The notes under the pieces: generated by a model
What the model was told of the DNA's origin: nothing
Databases searched by the model: none
The model's input: the letters and a program-made list of their open reading frames with translations, nothing else
Translations under genes and position numbers: made by a program
DNA from: the human T2T-CHM13v2.0 reference genome, Homo sapiens
Assembly (NCBI RefSeq): GCF_009914755.1
Contig: NC_060946.1
Strand: one strand, 5' to 3'
DNA length: 64,000 nt
Shown: piece by piece, positions 54,421-64,000 of the stretch
Layout of the letters: each line of letters begins with the position of its first letter
Position numbering within the stretch: position 1 is the stretch's first letter

Positions 54421-54791
54421 CTCAGTTTACTTGCAGCTTTGATTTTTTTTTTGAATTGACCAATTCTGCCAAAAGTCTATTTTAGCAATCTTTTTGGGGG
54501 GCGGGTAAATCGCTTTTGGTTTAATTAATCTATAATGTTATTTTCTTATCTATTTTATCTATTTCTTCCATTCTGTTATTTTCTTCCTTCGTGACTTCAT
54601 AGGCTTGTTCTGTTACTTCTCATTACAACTTTTGGAGAAAAATGCCTACCTCGTTTGCTTGTAAACTTTTTTGTTTCTCTTGTATTTAATGCTATAAATT
54701 TACCTTTAAGTACCAGTTTAACTGTGTCTCACCAGTCCGCTTGGTAATATGTTCATTATCCTTCAATTAGATATGTCCTAATTTTGCTAGT

Positions 54792-55379
54792 TGTTAGAAA
54801 TGCTTGTTCCCTGGTGCCGCAAAGAAATAGCACTTGAACATAAATTTAATTTTCTCAGCAAGGCCATTTTCACTTTCTGCAGAAAGGGTACACTCGCCAG
54901 CAGTTTTGCCACGAGAGTACCCCAAACAAAGGATACAGGGTTATTTATAACCTGACGCATCCACCCTACTGCTGTGTCCGGTTTCCATTGGCTGGAACAG
55001 GACCTCACATTCTGTGTTTGTCCCGATTGGCTAACAACTTAGAACTTTCTAAAAGAGGCAAAGGCAGAGGAGAACAAAGGAAGGAGGATGTAACTTGTAG
55101 AATGCTGAGAAAGGTAAAAACACCTCCAAATAGGAAGAGGAACAGGCTATGACCTAATGCTTGCTTGGACCAGTATAAGCATGCAAGGGCAAATATTTAG
55201 GCTAAATTGTGGGAGCTAAGAACACAAAGTATATTAATTTCTTTATTACGGCTAGCAGATATCTAAGAATGTTAGCACAGGTCTTTGAATAAATTTTACT
55301 TCTAAGAGAAGTTACTATTTATTCGTAATTAGACAGGGAGGAAAGTCTTTGAAGAGGAACCTCTACTTTATTTTTTACA
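54792..55379 (-). mobile_element. Solo LTR, LTR10 family (LTR10C-like), 588 bp
   Basis: TG...CA termini; TSD TAGT at 54788-54791 and 55380-55383; CCAAT boxes at 54987 and 55026 and a TATA box at 54941-54950 on the minus strand. Confidence 0.85.
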
Positions 55380-55562
55380 TAGTGATTCTTTCTAACACAA
55401 GGGTTATATAGTATATGTTATTTATTTTTGAAATCTATGAGATTTTTAAAAGATTTTTTAATTGTATTATAATCAAATCACATGGCCTAAATATTACTCA
55501 CCCTTGCATTTGAAGATTTCTGTTCAGTGAAGTGTACCATAGTCAAAATGAAGAGATCATAG

Positions 55563-55690
55563 ATGTAAAGAAGATATTTGCAGTATCTAAAATGTATATA
55601 TGAGGCTGATATGTAAAGATATTTGCATTATCTAAAATGTATATATGAGGCTGATATGTAAAGAAGATATTTGCAATATCTAAAATGTAC
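55563..55690. repeat. 45-48 bp tandem repeat, ~2.7 copies, followed by Alu 55696-55990(+)
   Basis: ATGTAAAG(AAG)ATATTTGCANTATCTAAAATGTATATATGAGGCTGAT at 55563, 55611 and 55656. Confidence 0.9.
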
Positions 55691-55769
55691 GTAAGAGGCC
55701 TGGCACGGTGGCTCACACCTGTAATCCCAGCATTTTTGGAGACCAAGGCAGGCAGATCACTTGAGGTCA

Positions 55770-55979
<210 letters not shown>

Positions 55980-57189
55980 TCAAAAAATAATAACATGAAA
56001 AATAAATCTATGAGAAATGATCTTCTTTTGGCTTCATAATAATTCCAATGTCCATCAGTAAATTAGTATCAACTAAGCTCCAGGCTTTATTCAAATGTCA
56101 CTAGTTTTTCCCATCATCCTTTTTGTTCCAGATTCCCACCCAGGATACTGAATTGTACTTGGTCATTTTGTGTTCTTAGCCTTCTGTGGTCTGTGACAGT
56201 TTCTTAAACTTTTCTTGCTTTTCATGACCTTGACAATTTTAAGAAGTAAAGGTCAGGTATTTTTCAGAGTGTCTCTCAATTTAGGTTTGATGTTTTTCTC
56301 ATGGTTACACTGGGGTTATGGTTTTTAGAAGACTATCACAGACATGATGTGTCTTTCTCATAATTTCTCATCAGCGATCCATGCTATCAATAAGACTTCC
56401 TACTGGCTTCTCCGCTGTAAATTACTTCCCCCCCCTTTCATACCTTATTCTAAATCTTGCCTACATGCAGGAAGGCCGTGAGGTCTCATTGAAGGAAAAT
56501 TATCTACACAAGTTACTTTGCAATTCTTCTTTAAGGAAGATTTGTCTCTTCTTCCTTTAGTTTTAAATTAATCAAAAATAGCTTTTTAGTTTTAAATTAA
56601 TCAAAAATAAAATAAAAAATTTAGTACCTCAGTCATACTTGCCACATTTCAACAGATCAATAGTCACCTGTAGCATATTGGACAGAGCAGAAGTAGAGCA
56701 TTTTCATCATTGCAGAAAGATCTACGGACAGCACTGACTTAGATCATTAGTCAACCTTTCTTCTTCCCAAATATATGCATTTAGAAATATAAATTCCCAT
56801 GAAATGCTTTAGTTCCATCCCATAAATTTTGTGGCTGTTTTCAATATCTTTCAGTTCAACATTTTCCTTTTTTCACTGCAATTTCTTAGAGGAGCTATGG
56901 GTTATTCAGAATGAGGACCAGGACTGGGGTGAGATAAGCAAGGAGGCTGAGGCACATTAAGGAGAGACCCACGCCCAGCTTCAGGTATGGCATATTGTCA
57001 CCTTAGGTTCCCTGCTTGCCTCACCCTAGTCCCAGCCCTGTTTAGAAATGTATTGCCTAATTTAGGAACTTTGGGTTTTTTTTCAGTGATCTTTCTGTTA
57101 CTGATTTGTAAGTTGATTCCCGTGTACTCAGTGGGTAACTACAAAGAGCCCCACAGCTAACATCACAATTAAAGTAAACTATTCTACCT

Positions 57190-58700
<1,511 letters not shown>

Positions 58701-58851
58701 CTTCTTGACAATAGGGAGCTGATGAGATGTCACTGTAAAAAACAACCTGACAGTTGATGACATTGCTTGCTAGCATCTACAGCCACAATGCACATATGGC
58801 CTAGCCTCACTTCTGCCTTTCGGAACTCCTGGAAGTCAGTCGAACATATTT

Positions 58852-60480
58852 TCAGCTAGAATCCTTGCTGCAAGGGAGTCTGGAATCTCTAGTGTTCATA
58901 GCCGTCTTCTTTTTAGTTTTTACAGGAGAAGACTGAGGGTCAGTGTTGCTAACAATAACGGAAGCCATACCACTTGATCCTGGCTGAACTGAAGTTTGAA
59001 TAATAACTTTTGTTTCACTAGGCAACCCTTGCAGTTGCTCCGGCTTTTTAAATGTTTGATGGTCCTTGGTTTTGTGCTCTATTTCCTCCTTCAACGTCAA
59101 AAACTGTAGCCGGCACTTGGAACACTGAAGGACCCTCCTTCTGCTGTGCCTCCAACAATGATTCATGTATGGTATTGCAGTTTTGAAAAGTTTGAGACAA
59201 AACAGACAAAGCAAATTCTTTGTGTTTTCATGGCACGTTCTAAAATGTGTTTCCACATCAGCAAAGACCGACGATCTGTAATGGCAAACCTGGCACACAT
59301 AAGGCATTTCGCCAGGCTTATGATGGTCCTTCATGTGTTGTAAGAGGACCTGATCTGTTTCAAATGACAATTCACAGATTTTACAGACAGCAGAGGGCCC
59401 CATGGCGATGTGTACACTATCAATGTGACACTGTAGCTGGAAGGGAGTGGGAAACTGCCGGTGGCAGTGCTGGCAGGTGGTGTGGTCTTCCCAGCTGTCG
59501 TTCCTCTGCTTCTCAAATTCCAAATGATGCTTCATGTGATTCATAAACTTAATATTTTTTAGAACTTTCACGCAGCTGAGGCATTTAAAGGTGGTGTGAG
59601 TCTTCTGTTCCGGCTGCCCATCTCCTTTATGCTGTCCATAGTAAAAGTCGCTAAGTAACACGATGGGATTTTCTTTCTTGGGATCAAAGGTCTTGTTTTG
59701 ACTTGCTAGACTTGAAATGTCTGTCATTGCCAGGGCAGACTCACTTGCTCTCTCTGGATCTGTAAGATTGAAATGTGCCTTTCCATTAGCATCAGGCCAA
59801 GGAAATGTTACTCCATTCTGAACATGGTTTGATGAGTTGCAGATCCCCTGTGAGGGTGTATTTGTGCTTATTGTAGAAGACATATCTGAAGGGACCACAG
59901 CTAAAGAAGGTACCCCTGGGATTCCATCCCTGAGTTTAACCCTTTTGGAATCTCTGCTGTTTATATCTGAAGTGGAAAGTCGCTTTGAATCAGGAGAACT
60001 CTCATTTCTGCCTCCTCCAGAGACCATAGCTCCAACTAGACACTGAGTCCCTGGGGGGAGCGAGTCTGAGGAACTGGGAGAAACAACTTGTGGTGAGCTC
60101 ATTTTATAACCAGGTTCAGATGAAGACTTCATAGTGACAGGACTATCTGTCGATCGCCCCTCAGACAGAGAAACCGGCATGATGGCTTTTGCCATAGAGG
60201 TCACATGATTTGCAGGCTGCGACACGTGAGCAGGATATTGACGGAAGTGGCCTTTCTTTCTTCTTGAATTTGAGCCTGGGGTGACTCTGTTCAAAATGTT
60301 TGAAACGACTGGTTTTGAATTTGAAATCATCCCGACAAAGAGAACTTCAGCATCTCTATGTACATGCTCCACCCCAACATAGATCAGATCTGGATCTTCA
60401 TCATCCTCCTCCCTTTGTTTGGATTCTCTCAAATTCTTCTTTGGTGATTCCACTTTCTTACACAAAAAGATATCTCCCAT
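58852..60480 (-). CDS. ZNF280A: Zinc finger protein 280A, 542 aa, single coding exon
   Basis: Intact ORF from ATG at 60480 (MGDIFLCKKVESPKK); paralog of ZNF280B; homologous acceptor TTAG/GTGGCAA at 60551. Confidence 0.96.
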   Translation of the reverse strand: MGDIFLCKKVESPKKNLRESKQREEDDEDPDLIYVGVEHVHRDAEVLFVGMISNSKPVVSNILNRVTPGSNSRRKKGHFRQYPAHVSQPANHVTSMAKAIMPVSLSEGRSTDSPVTMKSSSEPGYKMSSPQVVSPSSSDSLPPGTQCLVGAMVSGGGRNESSPDSKRLSTSDINSRDSKRVKLRDGIPGVPSLAVVPSDMSSTISTNTPSQGICNSSNHVQNGVTFPWPDANGKAHFNLTDPERASESALAMTDISSLASQNKTFDPKKENPIVLLSDFYYGQHKGDGQPEQKTHTTFKCLSCVKVLKNIKFMNHMKHHLEFEKQRNDSWEDHTTCQHCHRQFPTPFQLQCHIDSVHIAMGPSAVCKICELSFETDQVLLQHMKDHHKPGEMPYVCQVCHYRSSVFADVETHFRTCHENTKNLLCLFCLKLFKTAIPYMNHCWRHSRRRVLQCSKCRLQFLTLKEEIEHKTKDHQTFKKPEQLQGLPSETKVIIQTSVQPGSSGMASVIVSNTDPQSSPVKTKKKTAMNTRDSRLPCSKDSS

Positions 60481-60849
60481 TTTCAATTTACTTTTTGCTT
60501 GAAGCCACTGGTCTCTTCAACTTCCAGAGCTGTCTTTTTACAAATTGCCACCTAAGTGCAACCATGTGACAATAGTCAATATTTATTTCGAAAGACAAAA
60601 TCATTACTTTATTGTATCCTCCCTTAAAACACTGAGATAACCATCAACATCTCTATTTTACACGTCAGAAATAAGGCTTGAAACATTTTAAATGGCATAA
60701 TAATTTCAAATTTACCTGTCTCTCCTCCCCTGGTCTTCTGCAGTTGTGAGGCAAAGGAAGCAAGATTTCAGGAGGTGCAGATGGAACATCTCAGAGTGCT
60801 TGCCTCTAAATTTTGCACTCTAGATGCCTCACTCACCTCCTCCTCATCC

Positions 60850-61145
60850 CACAGGTACTCTCTCAGATGTCTAAGGTTTCTAACCAACTTGAACAAAACT
60901 TCTCTCAAAAACATTCTGCTCCTAGCCTGGGCAACATAGCAAGACCCCATCTCTACAAAAAAATTTAAAAATTAAAAAAAATTAGCTTGGCATGGTGGTA
61001 CACACCTGTGGTCCCAGCTACTTGGGAGGCTGAGCCAAGAGGAACACTTGAGCCCAGGACTTCAAAGTTATGTTCATGCCACTGCACTCCAGCCTGGGCA
61101 ACCAAATGAGACCCCATCACACAAACACACACACACACAAATCAC

Positions 61146-61185
<40 letters not shown>

Positions 61186-62260
61186 GCTGTTCCTGTAATG
61201 TTCCTTTTCTCAGTAAACTCAGTTGCTCAGTCTACAAACTTCAGAGTCATCCTTTGCCAGACTTTCTCTCATACACTACAGCCAATCAATTAGCAAAGCT
61301 AGTCTGCTCTATCTTTTAAAGATATCCAGAATCTGACTACTCTCTTCCACATCTACTGCCACCTCCCTGATGGAAGGTACCATGTTCTCTCCCTGGATCA
61401 CTGCAGAAGTTGCCAGTCTTAAAAGTTTTGTCAGATCTCCCCATGGTGGCCCCAATGCCCCTGTTAAAATATACAGGGGAGCAAGTATATTTTGCTCTTA
61501 AGTCTTCAATGACTTTCCATTTCATTCATAGGAAATACCAGCAAACTTTAAATTTCCCCATGGAACCTTAGGTCATCATCGCCCTTGCTAACTCCTCTGT
61601 TGCTCTGATGCAGCCATCCTGAGCTCCGTGAATCTGGAACACACCAGGCCTTTTTCTTTTTCAGAACTTTTGTTGTTCCCGGACATTGCGTGCCTCTTTC
61701 CCCAGATTAACCCCATCTGGGCTCCTGGTCTGCCTCAGTCCCATGGTTCCTCTTCAGCAAGGCTTACCTGACCACAATATCAAAAATCACAACCTCCTTA
61801 ACTCATATGTTCAAACCCTCAATGTTATTTTTCAACTTAGCATTTATCACTGCCTACCACACAATATGTAAAATATATCTTGCAAGCCCAGGAGTTTGAG
61901 ATTACAGTGAGCTGTATCATGTCACTGCATCCAGCCTGGGTGACAGAGGAAAGGAAGACTCTGTGTCTTAAAACAACAACAAAAAATGGGACAGGTGCAG
62001 TGGCTCGTACCTGTAATCCCAACACTTTGTAAGGCCAAGGCGGGAGGATTGCTTGAGGTCAGGAGCTCGAGACCAGCCTGGGCAACATAGCAAGACCCAT
62101 CTCTACAAAAAATTTAAAAATATAACTTGTTTCTTTTCTGTGTTTACCCACTAAACTGTATGCCACATGAGGGCAGGGAGTTGTGTTTCATTTACTCCTC
62201 AGCTTATAGAGCAATGTCTGTCATACTGTGCATGCTAAATCTTTGTTAAATAAATAGTAG
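60850..62260 (+). mobile_element. L2 fragments with partial Alus (60924-61105, 61885-62120) and a (CA)n tract at 61104-61160
   Basis: L2 motifs (CAATCAATTAGCAAAG, ATATCCAGAATCTGAC, CCACATGAGGGCAGGGA); Alu arms. Confidence 0.65.
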
Positions 62261-62643
62261 CTGTTATTAATATGATCATTTAGGTGTACCAGAGGCTCTA
62301 ATCCATTATTCCAGATTCTCTAAGCATTTAATGAAATCCAAATCCAAATGATTTAATACTGTTGTACAAGGGAGAAGGTAAACCTGTGTGTATGTGTGTG
62401 TAAATTGAAACAAAAGTTTTGTCAAATACTCTAATACCTTCACCTTACCGCAAGGGATAGGCTCTGATACCTTCTATGCCATATTTTATTGATTCTAAGG
62501 TATAGGCTTAGATTTCCATTTTAACATCTCTAAATCAGATTGCATCTCATCATAGCATCTCATCAATATAAAATACATTTCACAATTTGTTTTTGCAGTA
62601 TATATTTTTATTTCATAGTGGAATCAAAAATGACATATCTCAG

Positions 62644-62759
62644 ATCCTTTTGTGAGGATAAGCGTGATGCTTGGGTTTTCACTCATGTGAGATGTGCTTC
62701 CCTCAAACCTTGTTATATCAGCATGTTTAACATCTGATGTAAAAAAAAAAAAAAAAAAA
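62644..62759 (+). pseudogene. Retroposed U13 (SNORD13-like) snoRNA pseudogene with polyA tail
   Basis: ATCCTTTTGT...AGCGTGATGCTTGGGT...GTGAGATGTGC...AACCTTGTTA...TCTGA matches the U13 layout; box C mutated (TGATGC); box D CTGA at 62734-62737; A run 62741-62759. Confidence 0.85.
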
Positions 62760-62793
62760 GGAGAGTAATGTATCTTTTATAATTGATGGCATC

Positions 62794-63092
62794 TTTTTTT
62801 TTTTTTTTTTGAGATGGAGTCTCGCTCTGTCGCCCAGGCTGGAGTGCAGTGGCGCGATCTCGGCTCACTGCAGGCTCCGCCCCGCGGGGTTCACGCCATT
62901 CTCCTGCCTCAGTCTCCCGCGTAGCTGGGACTACAGGCGCCCGCCACCTCGCCCGGCTAATTTTTTGTATTTTTAGTAGAGACGGGGTTTCACCGTGTTA
63001 GCCAGGATGGTCTCGATCTCCTGACCTCGTGATCCGCCCGCCTCGGCCTCCCAAAGTGCTGGGATTACAGGCATGAGCCACTGTGCCCGGCC
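62794..63092 (-). mobile_element. Young CpG-rich AluY-type element
   Basis: TSD AATTGATGGCATCT at 62781 and 63093; AluY diagnostics (TTCACGCCATTCTCC); most CpGs retained. Confidence 0.92.
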
Positions 63093-63229
63093 AATTGATG
63101 GCATCTTATAGTCAGTGAAAAATCCTATTTCTTTTTGTAAGCTGACAGCCCACTAAACTTGTTTTGTAGTTCTCTAATGGATATCACCTACATTTTGGCA
63201 AACAATGGTTTAAGACAGAAATTGGAAAA

Positions 63230-64000
<771 letters not shown>

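Noticed and set aside
60481-60486. Two-codon N-terminal extension of ZNF280A in the ORF track
   Set aside because: Begins at TTG; the ATG at 60480 has good context (AAAATGG) and matches the paralog's start position relative to the acceptor.

Overview
This is primate (almost certainly human) genomic DNA from the immunoglobulin lambda (IGL) locus on 22q11.22, identified from the two zinc-finger genes and the V-lambda relics. The left ~20 kb holds several elements. (1) The 3' part of a deleted HERV-I/LTR10-type provirus. (2) A clan I IGLV pseudogene whose leader-V intron is split by a 5.6-kb antisense MER61-type provirus with a GCTG target-site duplication (TSD). (3) An L1 carrying an Alu and a MER11 solo LTR. 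(4) An orphan IGLV7-like promoter and leader with no V exon. The right ~45 kb is Alu-rich and holds the tandem minus-strand paralogs ZNF280B (543 aa; CpG-island promoter near 53.5 kb) and ZNF280A (542 aa; its first exon is not evident in the window). I see no convincing new biological system. The best leads are apparent gene-conversion tracts between ZNF280A and ZNF280B with one unconverted island, an LTR-derived candidate 5'UTR exon that brings uORFs, ERV-borne CTCF and octamer motifs inside the V locus, a locally templated inverted Alu duplication, and an L1-derived polyA signal. Repeat-family names come from recalled consensus sequences, not from a search, and repeat boundaries without a stated TSD are approximate.
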